From an uncultured delta proteobacterium (GTDB lineage: Bacteria > Myxococcota_A > Polyangia > Fen-1088), in assembly GCA_963796685.1 (NCBI GenBank), contig CAWCMR010000025.1:1824001-1888000 (forward strand): a stretch of 64,000 nucleotides of DNA, read 5' to 3'. A model generated the notes under the pieces. It was not told where the DNA came from. It saw only the letters and a list, made by a program, of their open reading frames with translations, and did not search any database. Both the position numbers and the translations under genes were made by a program. Below, piece by piece: positions 34,149-44,543 of the stretch. Position 1 is the stretch's first letter, and each line of letters begins with the position of its first letter.

Positions 34149-35331
34149 GGATCCGAATCCGCCGCGAGAGCCGCGCCCGGTTTGCCAGCGGTGCTTCCGA
34201 CCGTGCTCGGTCTGCTTTTGCGCCGATCTCAAGCCCATCGCCACCAAGACCCGGGTGGTGATCTTGCAACATCCTCGGGAGCGCGACGTCGGCATCGGTA
34301 CCGTGCGCCTGGCCCGCCTCGGGCTGGCCGGGGCCGAGCTTCGCCGCGACGTCGATTTCAGCGACGATCCGGTGGTGCGCCAAGTCCTGGCGTCCGGGAA
34401 TGCCTACCTGTTGTTTCCAGGGCCCCAGGCCATCGACGTCGAGACGGCGAGCTTTTCCACGCCCATCACCCTGGTGGTCCTCGACGGAACGTGGACGCAG
34501 GCGCAGAAACTGCTCAAGTCCAATCCCGGCCTGGCTGCGCTTCCGCGCCTGCGCCTTTCGCCGACGGCGCCCAGCCTGTACGGCCAGATCCGCCGCGAGC
34601 CCGCCGCCCACTGCGTGGCCACCATCGAGGCCATCGCCCACGTGCTCGGCCACTTGGAAAGCGACCCGGCACGCTTCGCCGAATTCCTACGCCCCATGGC
34701 GGCCATGGTCGAGCGCCAGCTCTACTTCGTCACCGAGGTCGCGAGCAACCGCCACCGGCGTTCCATCATCAAGCGCAAACCGCGCGACCCCATCCCGTCG
34801 GAGCTGCGTAACCGTCAGGCGGATGTCGTCTGCGTACAAGGCGAAGCCAATGCCTGGCCGCGCGCGCATCCCGACCGCAACCCACCCGAAACCGTGCACT
34901 GGCTGGCCAAGCGCCTTTCGACCGGCGAAGCGTTCGAGGCCGTGATCGCTCCGCGCCGTCGCTTGGCCCCTTCGACCTGTCATCATATCCGGCTCTCGCC
35001 CGAGATCCTGGCCGCGGGCGAATCCTGGGACGTCTTCCACGCGCGCTTCCGCGCCTTTCTTCGTCCGACCGACGTGCTCGCATGCTGGGGCCACTTCTCG
35101 CTCGCGACCCTGAGCGCCGACGGCTTCGGCCCCGACAACCCCCACATCGACGTGCGCCCCATCGCCAGCAAGGTGCTGGGCCATCGCACGGGCAAGGTCG
35201 AGGAGTGCTTGGCCAAGATGGAGCTTTCTTCGCCGTTGCCCTGGGCGGACGGCAGGGGCGGGGCGTGCCTGGCCGGCCTGTGCGCCGTGGTCGAAAGACT
35301 TTGTACGTGGCCGGCCAAACCTCCGGGATAA
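34141..35331 (+). CDS. DTW-domain (tRNA aminocarboxypropyltransferase-like) protein with extra C-terminal domain
   Basis: C..C....C.C, LQHPRE, LDGTW.QA and T.EA; alternative start 34012. Confidence 0.85.
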   Translation: MVKDPNPPREPRPVCQRCFRPCSVCFCADLKPIATKTRVVILQHPRERDVGIGTVRLARLGLAGAELRRDVDFSDDPVVRQVLASGNAYLLFPGPQAIDVETASFSTPITLVVLDGTWTQAQKLLKSNPGLAALPRLRLSPTAPSLYGQIRREPAAHCVATIEAIAHVLGHLESDPARFAEFLRPMAAMVERQLYFVTEVASNRHRRSIIKRKPRDPIPSELRNRQADVVCVQGEANAWPRAHPDRNPPETVHWLAKRLSTGEAFEAVIAPRRRLAPSTCHHIRLSPEILAAGESWDVFHARFRAFLRPTDVLACWGHFSLATLSADGFGPDNPHIDVRPIASKVLGHRTGKVEECLAKMELSSPLPWADGRGGACLAGLCAVVERLCTWPAKPPG

Positions 35332-35386
35332 GCCGCTCATGGCGGTACACCGCTCAAATTCGGCTATCATGAGGCCGAGGACTTCA

Positions 35387-36496
35387 ATGCGAGCGCGTGC
35401 CTCTCTCGAACCATACCTTCGTGGAATCGGACTGCGCCATGTGCTTGGGTTCGTGGTTCTCGCGGGCTGCTCGAATCCGCTTCGCACCGGAGAGTCTCGT
35501 ACCGGAGGCGCAATGGGGAGCGGTGGCGTGGCCAGCGCCGGCGGTGTGATGGGCTCCGGCACTATTGCCGGGGGAGGCGGCGTGATCGGCACGGGTGGCG
35601 GAGGCGGAGTGACAATCACGCTGACGACAAGCACCACCGTTCGCACGTTCTTCTGCGGTGACGGCGCTCTCAATCCAAACGAGCAGTGCGATGATGGAAA
35701 CACGGTGAGCGGCGACGGTTGCTCTCGGCTGTGTCAGATCGAAGCCTGCCACGCCTGTCCAGCCCCTGGGCAACCCTGTGTCCGCACCTGCCACTGCGGC
35801 GACGGAGTCCTGACCTCCGATGAGACCTGCGACGATGGGAATACCGTTGGCGGCGACGGTTGCTCCGATGACTGCCAGAGCATCGAGCCCGGCTGGTCTT
35901 GTCGCGTGCCGGGCAAGGCGTGCGCCCCCATCTGCGGCGACGGAACGATCGTGGGCAACGAAGAGTGCGACGACGGCAATACGGCGAATCGGGATGGTTG
36001 CTCCGTGGCGTGCCAGATCGAGCCCGGTTATCTCTGTCCGCAAGCCGGCCGCCCCTGCGCGCTGGTACCATGTTCGAGCCAGCAGGTCGACGCTGGCGTG
36101 TCCTGCGATGCCAGCAGACAGCTCCACTCCATCTGTGGCGACGGCATCGTCACGCCTGACGAGGCATGCGATTGCGGCGATGGTACCGTGGCCGTCCCTG
36201 CCACCTGCTTGGGGCCCAACGACGATTCTACCTACAACGGGTGCACGACGGCCTGCACGCTCGGTCCCTACTGTGGCGACGGCATCGTCAACGGCACCGA
36301 GACGTGCGACGTTGGCCCGGCCAACGGCAGCATCTGCGGCACGCCAGACAGTTGCAGCACCCATTGCACCAAGGCCCACTACTGCGGCGACGGTATCGTC
36401 GACACGGAATGCGACGAAACGTGCGACATGGGCACCCTCAATGGAAGTGTCGGCTCGCTGTGTGACGCGTTTTGCAGATACATCATCCTTCCTTGA
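35387..36496 (+). CDS. Myxobacterial Cys-rich repeat (DUF4215) lipoprotein
   Basis: Repeated CGDG....E.CDDGN...GDGCS. Confidence 0.88.
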   Translation: MRARASLEPYLRGIGLRHVLGFVVLAGCSNPLRTGESRTGGAMGSGGVASAGGVMGSGTIAGGGGVIGTGGGGGVTITLTTSTTVRTFFCGDGALNPNEQCDDGNTVSGDGCSRLCQIEACHACPAPGQPCVRTCHCGDGVLTSDETCDDGNTVGGDGCSDDCQSIEPGWSCRVPGKACAPICGDGTIVGNEECDDGNTANRDGCSVACQIEPGYLCPQAGRPCALVPCSSQQVDAGVSCDASRQLHSICGDGIVTPDEACDCGDGTVAVPATCLGPNDDSTYNGCTTACTLGPYCGDGIVNGTETCDVGPANGSICGTPDSCSTHCTKAHYCGDGIVDTECDETCDMGTLNGSVGSLCDAFCRYIILP

Positions 36497-36506
36497 CCAC
36501 GTCCCG

Positions 36507-36661
36507 GGGGGCCAGCGCACTCTCTCGCATGGCCGACCCCTCACCCGACGCGCTTCGCGCGTCGACCTCTCCCCGCTGCGCGGGGCGAGGTGTTGCGAGG
36601 TGAATCTTCAGAGCGCTCGCAAGCTCTCGATTCTGCGCAGCATTCAACCCGTTTGGCCGCC
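36507..36661. repeat. Partial copy of the 44246 MITE/REP composite
   Basis: Nearly identical to 44346-44489; ends at CTAG 36662. Confidence 0.8.
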
Positions 36662-37699
36662 CTAGTCGCACGTGCCGGGATCGGCGATGCTGGTCTCCAC
36701 CGAAAAATCGGAGTCGATCACGTGTCGCTCGGCGAAGAACAAATGAAGGTCGTAGGTGTTGCCGGGAACGATGCCGAATTCCGCCTGGTGGTCGTCCAGG
36801 TACACTTCGCCCATCTTGGATTGGTGGCAGCCGCCCAAATCGATGGCCAAGTGCCGATTGACGAATACCCACAGGTCGTCGTCGCCCGTGAAACGAAACA
36901 CCTCGCCGCCCTGGTAGTGGAAGGTGAGCTTCGTCGCGAGCGTGAAGTCGAAGTCGTGATCGAAACCCTCGTCCCCGAATCCGCGCGGGTCGCCGTCGAG
37001 CGGGAAGAAGCCGATGCCGGTGAACGCGAAGAATCCCGGGTTGCTGGTCGACGCCTGCAAGGGTACATCGTAGGGAATCGTCACGTTCACGCCGGGCACG
37101 TCGTGGTACCACTGGGCGAACGTCTCGGGGTCGGTCACGGTCCGGGTACCTCCCGTGTGGGCATAGGTCGGCGTATCGTCGTCCCCGAGCAGCGGGAGGA
37201 CGATCCCAAGCTCGCTGGCATCGCCCGAAACGTCGCTGCGCTCGAAGTCCGGATGGGTGCGATGAAAATCGCGAAGCGTGGTGCGCAAGCGGGGCGATTT
37301 GGGGACAGGGGCATCGCACTCGGCCCATGCGCCGTCTTGGCAGACTCTCTTTCCCGGGCCGCAGACGCTGGCACAAGCCTCGCTTACGACCGGCACCACG
37401 CACGGCTGCCACAGGCCGGCGCTGCAGAGTTGACTGCCCTCACCGCACGTGTCGCTGCAGGCGCGCATGCTGCCCGATTGCGTGCACGCGTCTTTCGTCG
37501 GCAACAGGTGCGTGCGACCACCGCCACATGCGACCAGGCAGGTCAGCAACCAAACTACGCCAGCGACGAGCCAGCCCTGCCAAGCGGTCCGGCGTGGCCC
37601 AAGCAAGGGGATCACCCGACAGAGGATACTGCAATTCGCCTGCACCAGAGCAACTAGACCTGGCACGGAAGGCACGCTTGACACGCCAGGGCGACCCAT
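36662..37699 (-). CDS. Fibro-slime (PA14-like) domain lipoprotein
   Basis: RDF...HPDFE, F.GDDDLWVFVN and LFFAERH; start uncertain. Confidence 0.88.
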   Translation of the reverse strand: MGRPGVSSVPSVPGLVALVQANCSILCRVIPLLGPRRTAWQGWLVAGVVWLLTCLVACGGGRTHLLPTKDACTQSGSMRACSDTCGEGSQLCSAGLWQPCVVPVVSEACASVCGPGKRVCQDGAWAECDAPVPKSPRLRTTLRDFHRTHPDFERSDVSGDASELGIVLPLLGDDDTPTYAHTGGTRTVTDPETFAQWYHDVPGVNVTIPYDVPLQASTSNPGFFAFTGIGFFPLDGDPRGFGDEGFDHDFDFTLATKLTFHYQGGEVFRFTGDDDLWVFVNRHLAIDLGGCHQSKMGEVYLDDHQAEFGIVPGNTYDLHLFFAERHVIDSDFSVETSIADPGTCD

Positions 37700-37726
37700 G
37701 GTTGATCTTAGCCAGGAGACGTGGCG

Positions 37727-38227
37727 ATGGCATTCATGGAGTCTGGCGTTCTTCGGGAACGAATTCGGCAGTGGGTTCTGGGCTCCTTTCCCAACGAGGG
37801 GCTCGAGAAGAAGACCGCGACCATCGACCGCGCTCTGCAGTTGGGGGACACCGGAAAATATCGTCTAGTCGAGCCAACCTGGGTCACGCAGATGCTCGCC
37901 AGCGATCCGCGCTCCGATCCGGGTCTCTATTCCGAGAACCAATACGACTGCGAGGATCTCGCGTTCGCCGCGCGGGTTGCAGTGGCCCATCGGCTTATCA
38001 CCCAACCGCCACCTGATGGCTACGGCCTCCCACCCGCCTTCGGGCTCTTCCTCACCGACCTTCATGTCTTGAATGTTGGCGCGGGCCCCGATGAGCGTCC
38101 CTACCTCTACGACGTTCGCACCAAGAAGATTCTCGTCGGAGCCCCGCTGGACGGGGCGTTTCTGGACGGCACGATCAGCAGCGGATGGCTCGATTCCGTG
38201 GAAAGGATTCGTTATGTGTTCATTTGA
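37727..38227 (+). CDS. Hypothetical protein with YDCEDLA...HVLN motif (papain/transglutaminase-like)
   Basis: GGAG RBS; spacing of Cys, His and Asp suggests a catalytic triad. Confidence 0.5.
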   Translation: MAFMESGVLRERIRQWVLGSFPNEGLEKKTATIDRALQLGDTGKYRLVEPTWVTQMLASDPRSDPGLYSENQYDCEDLAFAARVAVAHRLITQPPPDGYGLPPAFGLFLTDLHVLNVGAGPDERPYLYDVRTKKILVGAPLDGAFLDGTISSGWLDSVERIRYVFI

Positions 38228-38231
38228 GGGG

Positions 38232-39527
38232 ATGCGTACGTCATTGGTCCTGGTCGTGTTGGCGGGGATTGCGTCTGCGGCGTGCTCGCACACGACCGTG
38301 CGAGTCCGGCCCTACGAGGCCGGGGACACCGCGTGGACCAACCCTGGTGCCGTGTACTATTTGCCCAAGGCACTGCTGCAGACCGATTTCACCGTCAAGC
38401 TGACCCTTCGTCCGCCCTCGAGCTGCTCCGACGGCCCGGCCAACTGCACGAGGTTGGTATTGGCCGCCGCGGACGCCACCATCGAGCAGGCGAAGATCGA
38501 ACCCGTATCCATTCCCGACCCGGCTGCAGCATTCGTGGTTCGCTCGCCTGGCAGCTTCATGGTGAAGACCGCCTTCGCCGCGCAATTCAACGAAAAGGGC
38601 GAGCTGACCTCCGCGAAAGCCACTTCGTCCAATCAGGCCATCGAGCTCGCAACTTGGGGCCTCGAGACGATCGGCACTGTCGCAAAGGCCGTCGCGGCCG
38701 CGGGCCCGACCCCGGAGGCGGATCGGCGCAGCCTGCTGGCCAAGCGCCGTCTCGCCCTGGAGCAGGCGCTGACAAGCCTGGATGAGGGATTCATCAAGCT
38801 CGCCGAGGAAGGCGCCTCCACGGCAAGCACAAGCGCAGGGATGGACAAGATCGTGGCTTTGAGGAAGAAGATTCAAACCGAAATTGCCGCCATCGACGGC
38901 GAGCTCGTGAAGACGTTGAGCGTGCCCGTGACCTGCGTGCTGGATCCGTCGGCGAAGGACGCTTTCAGCATCTCCGAGTCCGGCGGCGACTGCCCGGCCT
39001 ACGCCGCTGTCCGAGAAGCCCTCACGGCGGCCGACGTGGAAGTGAAGTCACCCTTGCCCGGACTGACGGTCACACTCGATGGACTTGGCGGAAAGCACGC
39101 GGCGACCGGCGCGATGCAGGAGGTTCACGGGTTCGTGTATCGCGTTCCCGCGTGGTTCCGCGTGCAGGTGACGAGCGAGCACAAGTCGCAGGTGCAAAAG
39201 ATCCTCGCCATTCCCCAGCGTGGGCAACTGGCGGTGTTCGGGCTCGACGACGACGACCTGCGAGCCGGGAAGACTGTCGAGGTGAGCCTGCATCCGTCGC
39301 TCGGCATGCTGAGCGAGGTCAAGCTCAACGGCGAGCCGGTCGACCTGGACAGCGCGCGCAAGTTGGTCGGGTCTGCGACGAGCATGGCCACCCTCGGTGG
39401 CGACCTCGAGCTCGCTCGCCTGCAGCAGCAGACGGCTCTGGCCGAGGCCCAGGCGAAGTATCTTCAAGACATGGCCGACCTGGAAAAGGCGAGGAAGGCC
39501 CTGGCGAAGGCGCGCGCGCCCGAGTAG
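38232..39527 (+). CDS. Lipoprotein with YYLP motif and coiled coils (DUF4831-like)
   Basis: ASAAC lipobox, YYLPK, G.L.S and FVYRVP. Confidence 0.55.
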   Translation: MRTSLVLVVLAGIASAACSHTTVRVRPYEAGDTAWTNPGAVYYLPKALLQTDFTVKLTLRPPSSCSDGPANCTRLVLAAADATIEQAKIEPVSIPDPAAAFVVRSPGSFMVKTAFAAQFNEKGELTSAKATSSNQAIELATWGLETIGTVAKAVAAAGPTPEADRRSLLAKRRLALEQALTSLDEGFIKLAEEGASTASTSAGMDKIVALRKKIQTEIAAIDGELVKTLSVPVTCVLDPSAKDAFSISESGGDCPAYAAVREALTAADVEVKSPLPGLTVTLDGLGGKHAATGAMQEVHGFVYRVPAWFRVQVTSEHKSQVQKILAIPQRGQLAVFGLDDDDLRAGKTVEVSLHPSLGMLSEVKLNGEPVDLDSARKLVGSATSMATLGGDLELARLQQQTALAEAQAKYLQDMADLEKARKALAKARAPE

Positions 39528-39571
39528 CGCGCTGTCGCTCGTGCCTCTTTCGGTTCTGACCCCGGCCCGTT

Positions 39572-40360
39572 TCACAGATGTCGTTCCTCGCCGACGGGAC
39601 GAGCGTTGGCGATTTGCCTCGTCAGCCAGGTCTTGGCCGTCGATACGGCGCCTTCGAGAGGCTGGCCGCGCGCCAGTCCGACGGCGATGGCAGTGGCCAG
39701 GGCGCAGCCGGTTCCACGCGGGCTCGGCCCCGCGATGCGCGGGCTCGAGAACAGGCTTTCCCCGGCTGGCGAGAGCAACACGTCGGTGGCGTCGCCTTCG
39801 AGGTGGCCGCCTTTGACCAGAATCGCGGCCACGCCGAGGGCACGCAGGTCGCGGGCCGCCGCCCGCGCCTCGGATTCACTGTGCACGGGCCGATCGAGCA
39901 GCCAAGACGCCTCGTCCAGGTTGGGCGTGAGCAGGGTCGCTCGGCGTGCCAAGGCCAGAATGCCTGATCGTTCCCCGTCGTAGAGGGAATAACCACCCGA
40001 TGTCCTCAGCACCGGATCGTAGACGACGGGCCCGGGATAGGACGAAAGCGCGGCCTCGATGGCTTGCGTCGTCGCCGCGCTGGCGACCATGCCGATTTTC
40101 ACCGCGCTGCCGGATGCGCCGGCCCTCGCCAGCGCACTGGCCAAGGCGGCGCCCACGCGCTCGGGGACCCGCGGTTCGATGGTGCAGGCTGCATGCGGCC
40201 CCTGCTCGGTCCAGGCGGTGCCGACCACCACGCCCAGGGCGGACAGGGCGGTTGCCGTGAGTAGATCTCGGGCCACGCCAGCGCCGGTTCCGGGATCGAG
40301 GCCGCCTACGAGGACGATTCTGGCGGGCAAATTGCTGTGGGTAGGGTATTGTAAGTCCAA
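39572..40360 (-). CDS. thiD: HMP/HMP-P kinase
   Basis: GLDP..GAG..RD, KIGM, TPNL.EA, KGGH and GTGC. Confidence 0.85.
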   Translation of the reverse strand: MDLQYPTHSNLPARIVLVGGLDPGTGAGVARDLLTATALSALGVVVGTAWTEQGPHAACTIEPRVPERVGAALASALARAGASGSAVKIGMVASAATTQAIEAALSSYPGPVVYDPVLRTSGGYSLYDGERSGILALARRATLLTPNLDEASWLLDRPVHSESEARAAARDLRALGVAAILVKGGHLEGDATDVLLSPAGESLFSSPRIAGPSPRGTGCALATAIAVGLARGQPLEGAVSTAKTWLTRQIANARPVGEERHL

Positions 40361-40527
40361 GTGCCACCTCGGTGTGTCGAATGCCTACGGGAACACTTGC
40401 ACAGGTAATGGACTCACGGGTAGTTTCACACCCGCAGCAAGCAAGGAAATCGAGGTGTTCCCAAGCATATCGACGCTATGGAAGGAGCGAAGCTGGGACA
40501 TTTCAGGATACAATCAATTGTGACGCC

Positions 40528-42312
40528 GTGGGAGTAGCGCTTCCGCAGCCGATACCATTCGGCAAGTACACGCTGTTTGAACGCATCGGGCGGGGAGGTA
40601 TGGCCGATGTGTTCAAGGCGCGCATCCAAGGCCCGGCGGGCTTCGAGCGAACCTTCGTCGTCAAGCGCATCTTGCCCCATCTGTCGGACGATCCGTCGTT
40701 CACCAAGATGTTCATCGACGAGGCCAAGATCGCGGCCAAGCTGTCGCACCCGAACATCGTCCAGGTGTTCGAGCTCGGCTCCGTCGACGACGAGTACTTC
40801 ATGTCCATGGAATACGTGCGTGGACACGATCTGGCCGAAACCATGCGCACGCTGTGGGCGCGCGTGGGGCCGCCGCGGCCCGAGCTGGTGGCGTACGTCG
40901 GCCGCGAAATGTGCAGGGCGCTGGCCTATGCGCACGAGTTCACCTCCGAGGACGGGCAAGTGCTCGGGATGATCCACCGCGACATCTCTCCGTCGAACGT
41001 GATGCTGTCCTACGACGGCGCGGTGAAGATCCTCGACTTCGGCATCGCCAAGGCGCTGGGCGGCGAGGCCGTCGAGGAAACCAAGAGTGGCACGCTCAAG
41101 GGCAAGTTCGCGTACATGGCGCCCGAGCAGACCGTCTCGAACGAGATCGATCGGCGCATCGACATCTTCGCCACCGGCATCGTCCTGCACGAGATCCTGA
41201 CTGGCCGTCGCTTGTTCAAGGGCGAGAACGACATGCAGACCATCGAGCGCGTGCGCACCTGCCAGGTGGCCCCGCCCTCGCTGTTCAATCCCCTGTGCCC
41301 GCCGGAGCTCGATCAGATCGTGCTGCAGGCGTTGGCCAGAAACCGCGACGAGCGCTACCAGTCGGCCTCGGAGATGGCCGATGCGCTCGACGACGTGGTC
41401 TACGCGTCTCGTTTTCAGGCCACCCATCTTTCGCAAACCATGCGCGGTCTGTTCCCGGCCGATGCGGGGGGCGACGGCCGCGCGCCCGGCTCGGCGCGGG
41501 CACCGCACATGATGACTGGCTCGGTGAGCCCGTCGCGATCCAACACCGGCGTCCCGCGCAGCGGATCGCAGGTGTCGCGACCCAACCCGACGGGGACCCG
41601 CTCGCCCACCGTGCCGCCCGTGGTGCCGCCGCCGCAGCCGATCACGTCGTCCTCGTACCGTGTGCCGCCCAGTCGCTCCAACATCGTCCCGCCGCCCACG
41701 ACGGCCGTGGGGTTTCTGATGCGGCCCTTGATCGGCTCGGTGCCCGGCTGGGTTGCCGTGGCCGTGCTCTTGCTGCTCGGGTTCGCGTTCGTGGGGGGGG
41801 CCATTTGGACGCTGCGGGGGCCGGCCGGCGGCGGCATGGCGGCGCAGAATTCGATCCCCAAGATTGTCCTGCTCGATCTCGCGTTCCAGTCGAGTCCCAT
41901 CGGCGCCGACGTCTACATCGTGGGCAGCAACGAATACCTCGGCCGCACGCCCTTCCGTCGCAAGGTCGAATACCGGGACGATCGCTCGACGTTCGTCGTC
42001 TTCCGCTTGGCGGGGTACATGGAGATGACCAGGGAGATAAGGCCGGACTTCTCGGGCGCGGTGACCTTGCAGGCCGCGGCACCTCCGCCAGCGCCAGCGC
42101 CCGCACCCGTGGCGCCCATCGTGGAGCCGACGGCAACCCGCGAGCACCAGCCTGCGGCCGTCAAACCCGATTCGTTCGACAAGCCCAAGACCACCAAGTC
42201 GCACGGCAGAAGCCACGTCAAGGCCAAGGGAAACACCAAGGATCAGCGCGATCCTTTCGATAGCCCTTCGGAGAGGACGCCCCCGGGGTTCAAGGCCTCC
42301 CCCTTTCACTAG
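40528..42312 (+). CDS. Membrane Ser/Thr protein kinase with PEGA-like domain
   Basis: GRGGMA, HRDISPSN, DFG and YMAPE; TM segment; LGRTP. Confidence 0.93.
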   Translation: MGVALPQPIPFGKYTLFERIGRGGMADVFKARIQGPAGFERTFVVKRILPHLSDDPSFTKMFIDEAKIAAKLSHPNIVQVFELGSVDDEYFMSMEYVRGHDLAETMRTLWARVGPPRPELVAYVGREMCRALAYAHEFTSEDGQVLGMIHRDISPSNVMLSYDGAVKILDFGIAKALGGEAVEETKSGTLKGKFAYMAPEQTVSNEIDRRIDIFATGIVLHEILTGRRLFKGENDMQTIERVRTCQVAPPSLFNPLCPPELDQIVLQALARNRDERYQSASEMADALDDVVYASRFQATHLSQTMRGLFPADAGGDGRAPGSARAPHMMTGSVSPSRSNTGVPRSGSQVSRPNPTGTRSPTVPPVVPPPQPITSSSYRVPPSRSNIVPPPTTAVGFLMRPLIGSVPGWVAVAVLLLLGFAFVGGAIWTLRGPAGGGMAAQNSIPKIVLLDLAFQSSPIGADVYIVGSNEYLGRTPFRRKVEYRDDRSTFVVFRLAGYMEMTREIRPDFSGAVTLQAAAPPPAPAPAPVAPIVEPTATREHQPAAVKPDSFDKPKTTKSHGRSHVKAKGNTKDQRDPFDSPSERTPPGFKASPFH

Positions 42313-42335
42313 CGAACAGGGCGGCGCTCGCGAAG

Positions 42336-43139
42336 ATGTTCAAAGGTCGTCGGGTCGCGGTGGTGGTTCCGGCCTTCAACGAGGCAGCCAAGATTGCGCG
42401 CACGCTGCGTTCGATTCCCGGTTTCGTCGACCACGTCATCGTCGTCGACGACGCCAGCACCGACGGCACCGGTCGCATCGCCCAGCGCAGCCAGCGCCGC
42501 GGGCTCGTCGTGATTCGGCACGAACGCAACCGGGGTGTGGGCGCGGCCATCGCCACCGGATACGCCGCCGCCTTCGAGGCGGGCGCGGAGATGGTGGGCG
42601 TGATGGCGGGCGACTCGCAGATGGATCCCGCCGATCTCATGGTGCTGATCGAGGCCGTTGTTTCGAGACGGGCGGACTACGCCAAGGGCAATCGTTTTGC
42701 ATGGCCAGGCGTGTATCGGGTGATGCCGACCTCGCGCATGATCGGCAACGTCGTGCTCTCGCACCTGACCCGATTGGCGTCGGGCTACCCGCGCATGTTC
42801 GATTCGCAGTGCGGATACACCGTGGCCAATCGCCGCGCGCTCTCCATCATCTTGTCGGGCGAGGTCTTTCCCCGCTACGGCTACCCCAACCACCTCCTGT
42901 GCCGACTGGGCAGCCACGGCGCACGGGTGGTCGATGTGCCGGTGCGCCCGGTGTACGGGGCCGATTGGCATTCGGGCATCCGCATTCCGCGCGTGGTGGT
43001 GCCGCTTCTTCGCCTGGTGTTGCGCGGCATCGGTGCGCGGTTCATGCGCGGGCTCCAGCGCATGGTGCTGGGTCAGCCGCGTGGAGAGCAGGCGGGCTAC
43101 GCTCGCTCCGTGGCCATGCCCGAACCGCCACCGACGTGA
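42336..43139 (+). CDS. Glycosyltransferase family 2
   Basis: VVVPAFNE, VVDDASTD and DSQCGY. Confidence 0.9.
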   Translation: MFKGRRVAVVVPAFNEAAKIARTLRSIPGFVDHVIVVDDASTDGTGRIAQRSQRRGLVVIRHERNRGVGAAIATGYAAAFEAGAEMVGVMAGDSQMDPADLMVLIEAVVSRRADYAKGNRFAWPGVYRVMPTSRMIGNVVLSHLTRLASGYPRMFDSQCGYTVANRRALSIILSGEVFPRYGYPNHLLCRLGSHGARVVDVPVRPVYGADWHSGIRIPRVVVPLLRLVLRGIGARFMRGLQRMVLGQPRGEQAGYARSVAMPEPPPT

Positions 43140-44245
43140 TTGGCGTTCTGACAACGTCGTACCCACGCTCGGCCGACGACGGCGCGGGGGGATTCGTGCG
43201 CCAGCGCGTGCGCGCCCTGCTCGCGCAGGGATATTCGGTCGAAGTCCTCGCGGCCGGCGCGCGTGATGGCGTCGCCGAAGATGACGGCCCGGTCACACGC
43301 ATCGCGGCCGGAGGTTTGTTCTACGAAGGCGGCGCACCCGAGGCGCTGGAAGCGCCGGCTCTTCTCTCCAAGCTGCTCGCGCTGGGGCAGGGCGCTCGCT
43401 TCTCGCTGGCGATGCTGCGCCACCTGGCCGAGCGAGGGCGTCGCTGGGAAGCGGTGGAAAGTCACTGGCTCGTGCCGTGCGGCCTGCTCGCGGCCGCGGC
43501 CTTGCCGAGGCTGCCCCATCGCGCGCACGTTCACGGCGGCGATCTCTTCTTGCTGGCGCGGCTGCCCTGGGGCGACAGCGCGGGGCGGGTCCTGTGTCGG
43601 CATCGACCCACGCTGGTGTTCGCCAGTGCCTCCCTGTGCGACGGGTTCTCGGCGCTTCTCGGCTGCGCCCCCGAGGCCCTGGGCGCGCGGTGCCTGGTCG
43701 AGCCGGCGCCCTTCGATGCCTCGCTCTTCCGGCAGCGGTCGCGGGAAGAGCGGCAACGCTTGCGCGCCGGCCTCGGGTTTCATCCACCCACGGTGCTTGC
43801 CGCCGGCCGGCTCGTGCCCATCAAGGGCTTCGACGTTCTCGTGGCGGCCATGGGGCGGATTCCGCTGGCGACGCGTCCCGCGCTCGTGATTGCCGGCGAG
43901 GGTCCGGAGAAGTCGCGCCTCGCGAAGCTGGCGCGCGAGGCCGGCGTGCACCTGCGGCTCACCGGGCTTCTCGGACAGCGGGCGCTCGCCGAGCACATGG
44001 CCGCCGCCGCTCTCTTCGTGCATCCCTGCCGGACCCTCGACAGCGGGCGCAGCGAGGGCATGCCGCTCGTGGTGCGCGAAGCACTGGCTTGCGGCCTGCC
44101 CGCAATCGCCTCGGCCAGCGGCGGGCTCGGCGAGCTGTGCGGCGCTCCAGGACTGACCCTGGTCGAGGCCGACGATGCGGGAAGCCTGGCGCGGGCCATC
44201 GAGCGCGTCCTACGAACCGGCCAGCACGAGGCAGGCGGGGACTAG
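43136..44245 (+). CDS. Glycosyltransferase family 4
   Basis: LTTSYPR, GRLVPIKG and EG.PLV..EALA. Confidence 0.88.
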   Translation: MIGVLTTSYPRSADDGAGGFVRQRVRALLAQGYSVEVLAAGARDGVAEDDGPVTRIAAGGLFYEGGAPEALEAPALLSKLLALGQGARFSLAMLRHLAERGRRWEAVESHWLVPCGLLAAAALPRLPHRAHVHGGDLFLLARLPWGDSAGRVLCRHRPTLVFASASLCDGFSALLGCAPEALGARCLVEPAPFDASLFRQRSREERQRLRAGLGFHPPTVLAAGRLVPIKGFDVLVAAMGRIPLATRPALVIAGEGPEKSRLAKLAREAGVHLRLTGLLGQRALAEHMAAAALFVHPCRTLDSGRSEGMPLVVREALACGLPAIASASGGLGELCGAPGLTLVEADDAGSLARAIERVLRTGQHEAGGD

Positions 44246-44489
44246 AGCACCGAACGGGTTGAAAGTGCAGAGAATTCAAGAAGTTGCTACGCACGTGCCC
44301 CCTCCGATCCCCTCGCCCCGCGCAGCGGGGAGAGGGTTAGGGTGAGGGGCCAGCGCACCCTCTCGCATGGCCGAACCCCTCACCCGACGCGCTTCGCGCG
44401 TCGACCTCTCCCCGCTTCGCGGGGCGAGGTGAATTTTCCGAGCACTCGCAAGCTCTCGATTCTGCACAGCATTCAACCCGTTCGGTGCT
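44246..44489. mobile_element. MITE with 18-bp perfect TIR, flanked by CTAG, carrying REP-like palindromes
   Basis: CTAG-AGCACCGAACGGGTTGAA ... TTCAACCCGTTCGGTGCT-CTAG. Confidence 0.85.
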
Positions 44490-44543
44490 CTAGGCTCCCT
44501 GGCAGCGATCCCGGGCCGTTCACGCAGAGGAGATCATCGAAGA

